A stretch of 64,000 nt of DNA from Planctomycetota bacterium (GCA_965248575.1 CBDFJQ010000002.1:576001-640000), one strand, 5' to 3'. Positions 9,518 through 20,055 are shown, counted from the stretch's first letter. Notes: generated by a model not told the origin, from the sequence alone. Made by a program: numbers and translations.

Positions 9518-12454
9518 TTATCCGCCGCTCTTGATCAGCTCCACCTCGGCGATCTCCTCCAGCTCCTCCTGGATCCGCTGGGCGTCACCCACCACGACGA
9601 TCAGCAGCCGGTCGGGGTCGAGCAACTGTTTCGCCGCTGCCACGACGGCTTCGGAGGTGGTGCTGGAAATGCGCTCCAGGTACGTGCTCCAGTAGTCATC
9701 CGGGAGCTCATCCAGTTCCAGCGACCAGAGCCTCCCGGCCACGGACTGGGGCGTTTCGAGGGAGCCTGCGAAGGAGCCGGCCAGGTACTTGACGGCGCTT
9801 TCCAACTCTTCAGCGGTGGGGGCCTCGTCCCGCATGCGCTTCACCTCGCCGACGAGGGCTCGCACGGTCTCGGCCGTCTTCGGCGTCTTGGTGAAGGTGC
9901 TGATCTGGAACTGCCCACCGAAGCGCCGGCTACGAAGCCCGCCGCTCGCGCCGTAGGTCAGCCCCTTCTCCACGCGCAGCACGTCGTTCAGCCGGCTGGT
10001 GAAGGCGCCCCCGAAGATCTGGGTCAGCACCACGCCCGTCGCGTGCATGGGGTGGCGCCTGGTGACGCCTTCATGCCCGGCCCGGATCTGGCTTTGGACG
10101 GCGCCGGGTTTGTCCACGAGGGTGATGCGGGTCTGCTTGGGTCGCGTCCACTTGGGCAGCGGGCGCTGCAGGCTTTCACCCTCGCCCTCCCAGTCCGCGA
10201 AGTAGCGCTCTGCCAAGGCGGCCGCTCGCTCCTGGGTGACGTCGCCGGCGATGTACAGCGTGGCGGTCTCGGGGCGCACGAAGGTGCTCCACCATTGCGC
10301 GAGGCGCTCCACATCCAACTTGGAGAGATCGTCCGCGGTGCCCTCGGCGGGGCGGCCGTAGGGGTGATCGCCCCAGAGCGCGGCGGCATAGGCTCGTTCC
10401 GCTTGCACCTCAGGTGTCTTCTCCGCCACCGCCATGCCCGTGGCGGTCTGGCTGCGAAGGGTATTGAACTCCTTCTCCCGGAAGCCGGGCACCTGGATCA
10501 CTTCGGCGAAGAGGCGCGCTGCGCGGTCCAGTTGGCCGGTGACTGCGGAGGCCGTGATGCTCGCACTGTCGTGGTCGGCCCCCGCGCCCAGGGAGATGGC
10601 GTAGCGTTCGAGCTCGGCAGCCAGGGCTTCGGCATCCCGGGCGAGGGTGCCGCGGGTGACCATCGATGTGGCCATGCTCGCAGTGCCTGGGAAATCCGGG
10701 TCATCGCTGTAGGCACCAGCCTTGAGGCGCAGGCTCAAACTGACGTAGGGCACCTCGTGGTTCTCCACCACCACCAGCCCGAGGCCGTTCTCCAAGACGC
10801 TGCGCTTGCTACGGATCGAGATGTCTGCGTCCAGGGGCGGGGCAACGGGCGGGGCCGTCGCATACCCAACAGGGCGTCTTGCCGAAGCCTTGGGTCCGCC
10901 GGGGGTGGCCCGCTGGCCGCCGTCCTCGCTGGGTTCGGCTTCCTCGCTTTCCGCTTCGTCTTCCATGTCCGACGTGTTGCCGGCCATGGAGAGCAGGGAG
11001 GTGAACATGCCCTTGATGGAGGGGCGCACCCGGATCTCGTTGGCGCGGGTCTCGACCAGGTAGATCCCTGCGACGCGCAGGACGTCGTCGGGAGTGACCG
11101 ATGCGATGCGTTCCAGGTAGGTGTTCGCCAGCTGCGTGTCGCCCTCGATGACCGCAGCCTGACCCAAGGCTCCAGCCTTGCTGGCCACCGTCAGGGACTC
11201 GGTCACGTTGTTGCGGTAGAGGGTGTTGCGCACCTTCTCGAGTTCCGACTCCGTGACGCCCTCTTCCTTGAGAAGCTGCACCTGCTCCCAGATACCGTTC
11301 ATGATGTCGTCGACGCTGCCGAAGGGCATCGCCACGCCGCCTGCGATGGCGAGCCCCGCTTGCTCAAAGGAGACGTAGGCCCCGAGAGCTGCGGCGGCCG
11401 CATCCTTGCGTCGCACGAGGTCCAGGTACAGCCGGCTGCTCTCGCCGTTGCCGAGGATCTGCATCAACATCTCGAGCGCCAGCGCGTCAGGATGCCCCTG
11501 CGGGACCGTGCGGAAAACGATACCGGCGATGGGCACGGGGCCGTTGTTCTCATCGATGTCGAGTCGGCGCAGCTTTGTTTGCTCGGGCTCCAGAGTGGTC
11601 ACGCGTGGCGGATCGGCGCAACGCGGGATCCAGCCGAAGTGCTTGCGCGAAAGGGCTCGCACCTCTTCGTGCGTGACGTCGCCCACCACCACCAGTGTGG
11701 CGTTGTTGGGGACGTAGTAGGTGTCCCAGAACTTCTGGATGTCATCCGGCGTGGAAGCTCGCAGGTGCTCGATCTGCCCGATGGGGGTCCAGCGGTAGGG
11801 GTGCTTGGTGAACAGGAAGTCGAGCACGGTTTCCGGCACCAGGCCGTACGGACGGTTCAGGCCCAGGCGCCGCTCTTCCTCCACGACCTTGCGTTCGGTG
11901 GCGAACCCTGCCTCGTCGATCTTGAGCGAGGCCATGCGCTCCGCTTCGAGCCAGAGCACCATGTCGAGCTGATTACTCGGCACCTCCTGCACGTACACGG
12001 TCTGGTCGAAGGCGGTGTAGGCGTTGCAGTCGCCGCCGGTCGTGCGCACGAATTGGAAGTGGTCCTTGGGGCCGAGTCGGTCGGTGCCGCGGAACATCAT
12101 GTGCTCGAACATGTGGGCGAAGCCCTGGCGGTCCACCTGCTCGTCCTTGCTGCCCACGTGGTACCAGAGTTGGACGGCAACCACCGGCGTGCTGTGATCT
12201 TCCAGCGAGATGACCCGCAGGCCGTTCTCGAGCACGGTCTCTTGGAAGGCGTAGCGGCCCTGGCCGTTGCGGATGTCGGCTTGCTTTGTTGCTTGCGCGT
12301 TCAAGCCTGGCGTGAGCATCCCAAGCAGCAGGGCGCAGGCCAGTGCTGGTACCAGTGCCGGTGCTGTTCCGCTCGCCGTGTGATGGGTCTTGCCAGCGGC
12401 CCTTTCTCGGGAAAGGGCGCGAGCATGGGTGGGGGTGATGCAGGCAGCTGGCAT
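9518..12454 (-). CDS. M16 (pitrilysin/insulinase) family zinc peptidase, fused two-module form, with signal peptide
   Basis: Inverted zinc motif HMFEH (GFAHMFEHMMFRGT); two LENGL-starting modules; RLNDVLRVEKGLTYG in the C-terminal module; start codon uncertain. Confidence 0.92.
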   Translation of the reverse strand: MPAACITPTHARALSRERAAGKTHHTASGTAPALVPALACALLLGMLTPGLNAQATKQADIRNGQGRYAFQETVLENGLRVISLEDHSTPVVAVQLWYHVGSKDEQVDRQGFAHMFEHMMFRGTDRLGPKDHFQFVRTTGGDCNAYTAFDQTVYVQEVPSNQLDMVLWLEAERMASLKIDEAGFATERKVVEEERRLGLNRPYGLVPETVLDFLFTKHPYRWTPIGQIEHLRASTPDDIQKFWDTYYVPNNATLVVVGDVTHEEVRALSRKHFGWIPRCADPPRVTTLEPEQTKLRRLDIDENNGPVPIAGIVFRTVPQGHPDALALEMLMQILGNGESSRLYLDLVRRKDAAAAALGAYVSFEQAGLAIAGGVAMPFGSVDDIMNGIWEQVQLLKEEGVTESELEKVRNTLYRNNVTESLTVASKAGALGQAAVIEGDTQLANTYLERIASVTPDDVLRVAGIYLVETRANEIRVRPSIKGMFTSLLSMAGNTSDMEDEAESEEAEPSEDGGQRATPGGPKASARRPVGYATAPPVAPPLDADISIRSKRSVLENGLGLVVVENHEVPYVSLSLRLKAGAYSDDPDFPGTASMATSMVTRGTLARDAEALAAELERYAISLGAGADHDSASITASAVTGQLDRAARLFAEVIQVPGFREKEFNTLRSQTATGMAVAEKTPEVQAERAYAAALWGDHPYGRPAEGTADDLSKLDVERLAQWWSTFVRPETATLYIAGDVTQERAAALAERYFADWEGEGESLQRPLPKWTRPKQTRITLVDKPGAVQSQIRAGHEGVTRRHPMHATGVVLTQIFGGAFTSRLNDVLRVEKGLTYGASGGLRSRRFGGQFQISTFTKTPKTAETVRALVGEVKRMRDEAPTAEELESAVKYLAGSFAGSLETPQSVAGRLWSLELDELPDDYWSTYLERISSTTSEAVVAAAKQLLDPDRLLIVVVGDAQRIQEELEEIAEVELIKSGG

Positions 12455-12659
12455 GGCGACGTCCGTTGGTTGGAGAGTTGGGGATGTCTGGTAGCGCCTC
12501 TCGGCGGTTCCGATCCTAGCGGGTGGGGCCCGGTGTGGCGCGTGGCTGTCGGGTGGCAGCCCGTGTGGGTGATCTAGATTCCGCAACCATTGCTGGTCCA
12601 CTGTTCAGGGTGCCGATAAAGTGACGCCTCGCCAGTGTCAGCCCGTGGAGAATGTCAAC

Positions 12660-14168
12660 ATGTCCAGCCTTTCAGCTTGTCGGGGGCACTGCGCGCAGCG
12701 AGCTGTTGGGGTTCTGACGAGGGTCTTGCTGATTGGGAGCGTGCTGCTCTGTCTGATTGCCTGCGGGCCGGACGACGCACCCGGGACGGCGGGTGAGCCT
12801 GCTGCCCGACGGCAGCTCGGCGAGGCCGGCTCGATGCCGCGCAACGTGCTGATCATCACCTTGGACACCACGCGCTCGGACCACATCGGTGCCTACGGCT
12901 ATCCGCTGGACATCACGCCCAACATCGATGCCTTGGCTGAGCGAGGCGTGCTGTTCGAGAACAGCTACGCACCCATGCCACAGACCCTGCCCTCCCACAC
13001 GACGCTGATGACGGGCTTGGCGCCGCGTCAGCATGGTGCCCTGGCGAACACCTTCACTGTGGACGACCGGTTGGAGACCCTGGCAGACATGCTGGGCGGC
13101 AGGGGTTTCGAGACGGCAGCCTTCGTGAGCTCCCTTGCGTTGAGCCACGGCACAGGGATCCTGCAGGGATTCGAGAGCTACGATCAGCCACGCGCACGGT
13201 TCCATGTGGGCTTGCCCGCCGCTGCAGAGCGTGAAGCCACGGAAATGGCGGACATCGCCGTGGAGTGGGCCGAGAAGCGGTCTTCTGATCGCCCCTTTTT
13301 CGCTTGGGTGCACTTCTTCGATCCGCACTTCGACCACGTGGCTCCGCGTCGCTACATGCGCGAGGTGTACCCGCTCGAGGTACGTGACAAGGTCATCAAG
13401 CCGTTGATAGGCGATGCGCCCGTGGCCATGCCGCGCCTGATCAAGGACTGGCGTGGTTACGCCGCAGAACTGCGCTACACGGACGCCCAGGTGGGGCGCA
13501 TGCTCGCGGAGTTGGAGGAGGCGGGTGCGCTCGACAATACGGTGATCGTCCTGTCGGGCGACCATGGCGAGGGCCTTGCGGAGCACGGGATCGCCGCCCA
13601 CGGGATGGCGGTCTGGGAGGAGTTGCACAAGGTTCCGCTGCTGGTCGTGAGCCCTACGGGCGAGCATGCGGGGACACGGGTTTCGGAGCGAGTGGGTCTT
13701 GCCGACGTGTTGCCCACGATCCTGGGTATGGCTCTTGGGCAAGAGACGGACCCCAGCGCCGGCGGGAATGACGTGGAACGTGGCCTCGACCTATGGGGGC
13801 TCATGGAGTCCGGTCGTTCGGTGCCAGAGCGCCCGATGTTTCTGGAGCGCCCGCACTTCAGCGAGGACGGTTTCATGGAGCGCACCGGGGGCCGGGTGGG
13901 GCAGAACGGGATCATGGTGGCCGTGCTCATGGAGCAGTACAAACTCGTGCGCTGGCCCGACGGCGGTGAGGAGCTCTATGACTTGGAACGGGACCCCGAC
14001 GAGTCGATTGACATCGTCGACCAGCACCCTGATGTCCATCGCAAGCTGACGGCGATGCTGGATGGCTGGCTGGCCCGGAATCCCGCAGAACTGCTGGGCG
14101 AACAGGAAGAGCTGAGCCAGGAGCGCATCGACGCCTTGAGGGCGTTGGGCTATCTGGGCGACGGCTGA
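12660..14168 (+). CDS. Sulfatase-like lipoprotein
   Basis: GGAG upstream; lipobox LIAC; NVLIITLDTTRSDH; PQTLPSHTTLMTG; WVHFFDPH; GDHGE; C-terminal LRALGY. Confidence 0.88.
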   Translation: MSSLSACRGHCAQRAVGVLTRVLLIGSVLLCLIACGPDDAPGTAGEPAARRQLGEAGSMPRNVLIITLDTTRSDHIGAYGYPLDITPNIDALAERGVLFENSYAPMPQTLPSHTTLMTGLAPRQHGALANTFTVDDRLETLADMLGGRGFETAAFVSSLALSHGTGILQGFESYDQPRARFHVGLPAAAEREATEMADIAVEWAEKRSSDRPFFAWVHFFDPHFDHVAPRRYMREVYPLEVRDKVIKPLIGDAPVAMPRLIKDWRGYAAELRYTDAQVGRMLAELEEAGALDNTVIVLSGDHGEGLAEHGIAAHGMAVWEELHKVPLLVVSPTGEHAGTRVSERVGLADVLPTILGMALGQETDPSAGGNDVERGLDLWGLMESGRSVPERPMFLERPHFSEDGFMERTGGRVGQNGIMVAVLMEQYKLVRWPDGGEELYDLERDPDESIDIVDQHPDVHRKLTAMLDGWLARNPAELLGEQEELSQERIDALRALGYLGDG

Positions 14169-14294
14169 GGATCGAGGGCTCCCCGGTTCCGGCCCCGGCT
14201 CTGGGCTAGGGCTGGCCAGGGCTCCGGCCGTGGCTTCGCGCCCGTTGGCGGGGCGTCAGTCGGCTGGCGAAGCAGCCAGTCGGGTGCTTGAGCT

Positions 14295-14370
<76 letters not shown>

Positions 14371-14401
14371 ACTTGCAAAGCAGCCCCTATCCGTAACGCA
14401 A

Positions 14402-14689
14402 TCAGCGAGAGCGATCAAGGGCCGAGCTGCCCTCGGGTGCGTCTTTGCCGGGGGCGGCCAAGACGTGCTGCCGATTGTGCTCTTCCATCCAGCCCAGGCG
14501 GAGCTGTTGGGAGCCGTCGCTGACGACCGGTGTGGGTTCGCCCGGCACCCCTGCGAGGGCGAAGAACACCGTCAGGGCGAGCACCACCATGAGGAAGACC
14601 AGCTCGGCCGGCACAGGGGGCCGGTCAGGGCTGTCGGTCACCAACGCGGTGTCCCACGGGGTGTCGTTGGACGGTGGTGGGCTGGGCAT
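14402..14689 (-). CDS. Hypothetical small single-pass membrane protein
   Basis: One strong hydrophobic helix (LVFLMVVLALTVFFALAGV); fills the gap between tRNA-Lys and the divergent operon; start uncertain. Confidence 0.45.
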   Translation of the reverse strand: MPSPPPSNDTPWDTALVTDSPDRPPVPAELVFLMVVLALTVFFALAGVPGEPTPVVSDGSQQLRLGWMEEHNRQHVLAAPGKDAPEGSSALDRSR

Positions 14690-14895
14690 GTCGCACGGCT
14701 CTGTGGGCGGGCGGGTCTCAGGTCGATGTCGACCGACGGGACCTTCCGACTTGAACCCGCTGCCAGGGACCACTGCTGAGGCCTGCTCGGCCAGCTTGAG
14801 GCACTCCAGGGCAATGAACGGGCGTCCTTCGGCGGCGAGCACTCCGTGGCATGGGTCATTGCACCCTTTGGGCACGGCAGGCCATGGTGTGTTCA

Positions 14896-15579
14896 ATGAT
14901 CACACGCACATCAGCCACTTCGTCGGGTCCCGGTAGCGCCGCCGCCGGGTCCTCTCCGTCTCTGAGTCGAAGCGCGTCCGGCAGGCTGCGGTTCTGGGGG
15001 TGGATGTTGGTCCTCCCGCTGGGGGCCAGCCTGCTGGGGTCCTGTGAGTCCGGCGAGGCCGCAGCACCCGATGCTGCGGAGTCATCCCAACTCTCCGAGA
15101 CCGAGCAAGCGACCAAGGCTGGGGCGAAGACCGAACCGCTGCGGAGCGACGACGAGGCAAGTGTTCCGGACGCGGAGGTTTCCACGGACGTGCCGGACGA
15201 ACCAAACCTGAAGGACCTGAAGGGCTGGCATGTGGCAGATGGTCATCGCGGCCTGCATCGTCTGGCCTGGCGGATTCGCCCGGCCGAAGGCGAACTGGCT
15301 CCGTCGACTCCGTCGAAGCCCCCCAGGAACTCCGAGTTCGCCCTGGACGTCCTGCTTCTGCGTGATGAGCAGCTAGCGCCCGGTCTGCGAGTCGCTGTGA
15401 CCGGTTGGATGCCCGAGCACGAGCACGGCATGGTCCGCTTGCCGGTCGTTGAGGAGGTGGCTCCAGGTCGCCATTCCGTGACGGGCATGCTGCTGCACAT
15501 GCGCGGCACGTGGCAGTTGCGATTCCAGATCTTCGCCGAACGAGACAGCGAAACGGTGACCTTTGATGTCGACCTTTAG
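14896..15579 (+). CDS. YtkA/FixH-like lipoprotein (Ig-like, MPxHxHG motif)
   Basis: Lipobox [14 protein letters not shown] motif and C-terminal [12 protein letters not shown], characteristic of YtkA-like domains; start uncertain. Confidence 0.7.
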   Translation: MITRTSATSSGPGSAAAGSSPSLSRSASGRLRFWGWMLVLPLGASLLGSCESGEAAAPDAAESSQLSETEQATKAGAKTEPLRSDDEASVPDAEVSTDVPDEPNLKDLKGWHVADGHRGLHRLAWRIRPAEGELAPSTPSKPPRNSEFALDVLLLRDEQLAPGLRVAVTGWMPEHEHGMVRLPVVEEVAPGRHSVTGMLLHMRGTWQLRFQIFAERDSETVTFDVDL

Positions 15580-15628
15580 AGCTTCCTCCGTTTGCGGCTC
15601 CAGACATGGCTGCAGCTTGATCAACAGG

Positions 15629-16933
15629 ATGACCGGGCTTGTGGTGTTCGTGAGTGTCGTACTCGGCACGCTCAGCAGCGCAGTCTCCCAGACGCTTGGT
15701 CCGGCTGAGGGGCACGTCCTGAGTGTTGATGAAGCGGCCCTGGCGCTTGAGTACTCACCGCTTCCGCCCCTGCCCCCAAGCCCCACGAACGCCGTAGCCG
15801 ACGACCCATCGGCGGCGCTCCTGGGACAGGCCTTGTTTTTTGATCCGCGTCTGTCCGATCCGGGCACCGTCTCCTGCTCGAGCTGCCATCAGCCTGAGTT
15901 GTCCTGGACGGACGGCCTGCCTCTGGCGGAGGGCGTGTCGACCGCAGCCCGTCACGCCATGTCGCTCTGGAATGTCGCCTACAACCGGTGGTTCTTCTGG
16001 GATGGCAGGAAGGACAGCCTCTGGTCCCAGGCGCTCGCCCCTTTCGAGGATGCCCGGGAGCATGCCTCCAGCCGGTTGGGTGTGCTGCATGTGATCGGCG
16101 CAGATCCTGTGCTGCGGGAGGCCTACTCGGGAGTGTTCGGGGTGTTGCCAGCCTTGTCTGATGGCGCCCGCTTCCCCGCGCAGGCACGCCCCGTGCCCGG
16201 GCAGCCTGACCACCCGCACGCCCTGGCCTGGGACGGCATGTCGAAGGAGGACCGGGAGTCATCCAATGTCGCCTATGCCAATGTCGGCAAGTCCATCGCT
16301 GCCTTCGAGCGCCAGTTGCTGACCGGGCGCGCAGCCTTCGACATCTTCGTCGAGGGCCTGCGTGAAGGCGACGCCGAGAAGCTGGGCGTCTTGTCGGAGA
16401 GTGCCCAGCGGGGCTTTGGCCTCTTCGTCGGCAAGGGCCGCTGCTTCCTCTGCCACGACGGCCCGAATTTCACGGATCGGGAGTTCCACTCCAACCGCAT
16501 CCCCGTCACGAACCTCCAGGACGCAGGGCGGGCGCGCGGGATCCAGGACCTCTATCAAGACCCCTTCAATGGGGCTTCGGTCCACGCCGATGATGGGGGG
16601 CGCAGCGCCCGCACCAAGCTGTCCATCGCCCCGAAGAGCCTGCATTTTCCTGGCGAGTTCAAGACCCCCAGCCTTCGAAACGTGGCCCGCACGGCCCCAT
16701 ACATGCACGAGGGGCAGATGCAGACGCTGGAGGAGGTCCTGGAGTTCTACTCCACCATGGAGGACTCCTTGCCTCCCGACCCCACGGGCGAGCGCTTCCT
16801 CCAGCCGCGCGAATTCAGCGAGCAGGAGATCCGACAGCTCATCGCCTTCCTGGAGTCGCTCACCGACGAGAAGCTGCCAGAGCGCCTCTCGCGGGCCCCC
16901 ACGGCGGCCGAGTTGCAGGATTCGACGCGCTAG
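15629..16933 (+). CDS. Di-haem cytochrome c peroxidase family protein (bCcP/MauG/MbnH superfamily)
   Basis: [12 protein letters not shown]; haem motifs CSSCH and [37 protein letters not shown]; signal peptide. Confidence 0.92.
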   Translation: MTGLVVFVSVVLGTLSSAVSQTLGPAEGHVLSVDEAALALEYSPLPPLPPSPTNAVADDPSAALLGQALFFDPRLSDPGTVSCSSCHQPELSWTDGLPLAEGVSTAARHAMSLWNVAYNRWFFWDGRKDSLWSQALAPFEDAREHASSRLGVLHVIGADPVLREAYSGVFGVLPALSDGARFPAQARPVPGQPDHPHALAWDGMSKEDRESSNVAYANVGKSIAAFERQLLTGRAAFDIFVEGLREGDAEKLGVLSESAQRGFGLFVGKGRCFLCHDGPNFTDREFHSNRIPVTNLQDAGRARGIQDLYQDPFNGASVHADDGGRSARTKLSIAPKSLHFPGEFKTPSLRNVARTAPYMHEGQMQTLEEVLEFYSTMEDSLPPDPTGERFLQPREFSEQEIRQLIAFLESLTDEKLPERLSRAPTAAELQDSTR

Positions 16934-17061
16934 AAGCGTCGGATTCCGGATCCTGCGAGCCGATTCCTCAAGATGGATCCTTGACGGAGGCCCTCCCCTG
17001 GCTTTGCATGGGGGGAATACCCCGAATCCCGGCACGCCGCTTCTCCCCTCCCGAGCTCGAC

Positions 17062-18765
17062 ATGGTCCGCGCCGCTGCAGCAGTTCTTGTCTGTCTGTCT
17101 GTCCTGATGTCTGCCCCGCTCAACACGGTCGCAGCACAGGTCTCGCCGCCGAACCTCAACACGGTGAAGCTGGCCCAGCTCGATCAGCACCTGAACTACA
17201 ACGACGTGTGGGGCTACACCGCGCCCGACGGCCGCGAGTACGCCTGCGTGGGCACGAGTGCCGGTGTCGCCATCGTGAACGCCACGGACCCCTTGGCTCC
17301 CTATGAGGTGGGCTTCTTTCCCGGCGCCTTCTGCACCTGGCGCGACCTCAAGACCTTCAACGACTTCCTCTACGTGGTGAATGACTGTGTCGGGGGCGTG
17401 GATGTCTTTGACCTCTCCGACCCCGAGAACCCCGCCTTCGTGAATACATTCGGCGCGCAGTACATGAACCACGCGCACAATGTGGCCATCGACACGGACA
17501 CCGGCATCCTCTACGCCGCGGGCACTCAGAACGGCATGCACGTGTTCAACCTGAACACGAACCCCATCAACCCCCCGCGCATCGACCTGTGGGGGTCGCA
17601 GTATGTGCACGATGTGTCGGTGCAGGATGGTGTGGCGCACGCGGCCTTGATCTATGCCGGGGACTACCGGGTGCTGGACGTGTCCAATCCGAACAACGTC
17701 TCGACCATGGCCAATGTGTCCACGGGCGCGAACTTCGCCCACGCTACCTGGCCCAATGCGGACAACACGGTGCTTGCGGCGGCCGATGAGAAGGCCGCCT
17801 TGCGTCACCTGACCTTCTTCGACATCACGAACCAGCTGAACCCGATCGTGGCGTCGCGCTACACCGAGGACAGCAAATCCATCCCGCACAACCCCTTCAT
17901 CCGCGGCGACATCTGCCACGTGTCCTGGTACACAGAGGGCTACATCGCGGTGGACGTGAGCGATCCCTACAACCCGGTCAAGGTGGGGCGCTTCGACACC
18001 CAGCCCGCCACACCTTCGGGTGGCCAGTCGGGCTTCGATGGTGCCTGGGGTTGCTACCCCTTCTCTCCTTCGGGCGTGGTCTACATCTCCGACCGTCAAC
18101 GGGGCTTGTTCCTGCTGAGCTTCAACGAGTGCTCGGTGGACCTGCCCATCCAGGCGCAGCCGCAGGTCTGCAAGGTCTGGCCGCCGTCGGTTTCGGCGCT
18201 CGACAGCCCGCGCCAGCGGGTCATCATCACCGGGCGGGGTTTCACCACCGCAACGCAGGTGACCGTCGGGGGCACGACCATCGGTTCGGCGGACTTCAAC
18301 CGCATGGGCGACCAGCTGATCGAGTTCCGCATGCCGCTGGTCTCGGCCTTGGGCATGAACGACATCACCGTGACGAACGCCTCGGGTGCCTCGCTGCCGA
18401 TCCAGGTGGAAGTGACGTTGCCCGATGGACCGATCCTCGACACCGGGGATGAGCAGCAGGGTGTCGGAGATTCCTTCCTCGTGGCCTTCGGTAGCGACCA
18501 GCCGGGTGATTTGTTCTACCCCGTCGCGTCGCTTTCGCCGCTGCCGTCCATCGCCCCGGAAGTCGCCTTCGGGATTGGCAACAGCTTCACCCAGCTCACC
18601 TGGTTGCCTGGCAAGGTGGCCAACTCGGCTGGCGTGAGCAGCTTCCCCGTGACGGTACCGCCGAGCGCTCTCGGGCTCACGGTGTTCTGGCAGGTGGCCG
18701 TGGTCGACCCGCAGCAGGGTGTGCCAGCTTCGGTCACCGCGGTGGAGTTCACCACCATCAACTGA
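17062..18765 (+). CDS. Choice-of-anchor B-like / LVIVD-repeat beta-propeller with IPT/TIG domain and C-terminal extension
   Basis: Signal peptide; NDVWGY..DGREYA; repeats DLSDPENP, DVSNPNN, DVSDPYNP; HAHN/YVHD/IPHN; GAWGCYPFSPSG; IITGRGF (IPT-like). Confidence 0.82.
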   Translation: MVRAAAAVLVCLSVLMSAPLNTVAAQVSPPNLNTVKLAQLDQHLNYNDVWGYTAPDGREYACVGTSAGVAIVNATDPLAPYEVGFFPGAFCTWRDLKTFNDFLYVVNDCVGGVDVFDLSDPENPAFVNTFGAQYMNHAHNVAIDTDTGILYAAGTQNGMHVFNLNTNPINPPRIDLWGSQYVHDVSVQDGVAHAALIYAGDYRVLDVSNPNNVSTMANVSTGANFAHATWPNADNTVLAAADEKAALRHLTFFDITNQLNPIVASRYTEDSKSIPHNPFIRGDICHVSWYTEGYIAVDVSDPYNPVKVGRFDTQPATPSGGQSGFDGAWGCYPFSPSGVVYISDRQRGLFLLSFNECSVDLPIQAQPQVCKVWPPSVSALDSPRQRVIITGRGFTTATQVTVGGTTIGSADFNRMGDQLIEFRMPLVSALGMNDITVTNASGASLPIQVEVTLPDGPILDTGDEQQGVGDSFLVAFGSDQPGDLFYPVASLSPLPSIAPEVAFGIGNSFTQLTWLPGKVANSAGVSSFPVTVPPSALGLTVFWQVAVVDPQQGVPASVTAVEFTTIN

Positions 18766-18780
18766 GGCGAGCGGCCGGGC

Positions 18781-19905
18781 TCAGTAGCCTGCCTTCCTGT
18801 CCACGACGTTCAGCAGCGCCTCGCCGTTTGCGAAGCGGCGCAGGTTCTCCAGCAGCAGCGCGTCGCGTCGTTCCACAGTGAGCTCGGCGCGGCCTGCTGC
18901 GTGGGGCGTGATGACCACGTCGTCGCGCGCCCACAGCGCATGGCCGTCGGGCAGGGGTTCGGGGTCCGTGACATCCAGGCCGGCGCCTGCGAGATGGCCT
19001 GACTCGAGGGCCTGTAGCAGCGCCTCAGTCTCCACGATGCCTCCGCGGGCGATGTTCACGAGATAGGCTCCGGGCTTGAGCAGGGCCAGGCGTCGCGCGT
19101 CGAACAGCCCTGCCGTCTCGTCCGTGAGCGGCAGGCACACCACCAGCACGTCGGTCTCGGCCAGGAAGCGCTCCAGATCGTCTGCCGTGCCCAACTCATC
19201 GACGAAGCTGGGAGCAGGGCGTGGGCTGCGCACCGTGCCCAGGACGCGCATGTCGAACGCGTGGGCGCGGCGTGCCACCTGGCTGCCGATACCACCCATG
19301 CCAGCCACCAGCAGCGTGCGCCCGGAGAGGGAGGTGGGGGCCTGGGCGGCACCGCGGTCCCAGGTGCCCTGGGCTTGAGCGGCCCCATAGGGCCCTAGCC
19401 CGCGCGTGAGGTGCAGCAGCAGGGCGAACACGTGCTCGGCGATGACGGGGCCATGCACGCCCTGCGCGTTGGTGAAGACAAGACCCTCGCGCTCAGCCAA
19501 GCCGGGGACAGCCAGGTAGCGCTCCACACCCGCGCTCCAGGCCTGCACCCAGGCCAGCTGGGGTGCTGCGTCCAAGAAAGCCTCGGAGATCAGATGCGCA
19601 TCGGCGGCATGAGCCCGGGGCGCGTACTCCACGGCTGTCTCCCGATCGAGCCCTGCCAGGATCTCGACGTTGGGCGCAGCTGCGCGACGCGCAGCCAAAT
19701 CGTCCTCGCTGAGTTGGCCAGCAAGATAGACGAGCTGGCCGGCCACCAGACTGGGATCCAGCGCGACCCGGGAGCCCTCTTGCTGGCTGAGCTGAGGGGG
19801 GGCCTCGGCGTGCGGAAGACCGCAGGCGCAAAGAGTGAAGAAGAGCACGACGGCCGCAAGCAGGGGAGCGTCGCGGTGGGGTCGCAGGGGGCGCACGGAG
19901 GACAT
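18781..19905 (-). CDS. D-2-hydroxyacid dehydrogenase (NAD-binding) with an N-terminal lipoprotein-like signal
   Basis: SAGVE, IAEHV, GMGGIG Rossmann motif, LPLTDET, VNIARGGIV, GLDVTDPEPLP, ITPHAAG. Confidence 0.9.
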   Translation of the reverse strand: MSSVRPLRPHRDAPLLAAVVLFFTLCACGLPHAEAPPQLSQQEGSRVALDPSLVAGQLVYLAGQLSEDDLAARRAAAPNVEILAGLDRETAVEYAPRAHAADAHLISEAFLDAAPQLAWVQAWSAGVERYLAVPGLAEREGLVFTNAQGVHGPVIAEHVFALLLHLTRGLGPYGAAQAQGTWDRGAAQAPTSLSGRTLLVAGMGGIGSQVARRAHAFDMRVLGTVRSPRPAPSFVDELGTADDLERFLAETDVLVVCLPLTDETAGLFDARRLALLKPGAYLVNIARGGIVETEALLQALESGHLAGAGLDVTDPEPLPDGHALWARDDVVITPHAAGRAELTVERRDALLLENLRRFANGEALLNVVDRKAGY

Positions 19906-19977
19906 GGGAGGGGCTCGCCGGCTGGGGGGGGTGGGGTGCGCGGAAACGAGGCACCCCCGAGCCGGCACGGAGCGCGC

Positions 19978-20055
19978 TGGGGTGAGTGAGGGGGATCGAA
20001 CCCCCGACCTCCAGAACCACAATCTGGCGCTCTAACCAACTGAGCTACACTCACC
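19978..20055 (-). tRNA. tRNA-His (anticodon GTG), with G-1
   Basis: Reverse complement GGTGAGTGTAGCTCAGTTGGTTAGAGCGCCAGATTGTGGTTCTGGAGGTCGGGGGTTCGATCCCCCTCACTCACCCCA; G-1:C73 pair and CCA. Confidence 0.97.

Noticed and set aside
10043..12577. 844-aa + strand ORF
   Set aside because: Antisense shadow of the M16 peptidase, typical of high-GC DNA; no recognisable motifs
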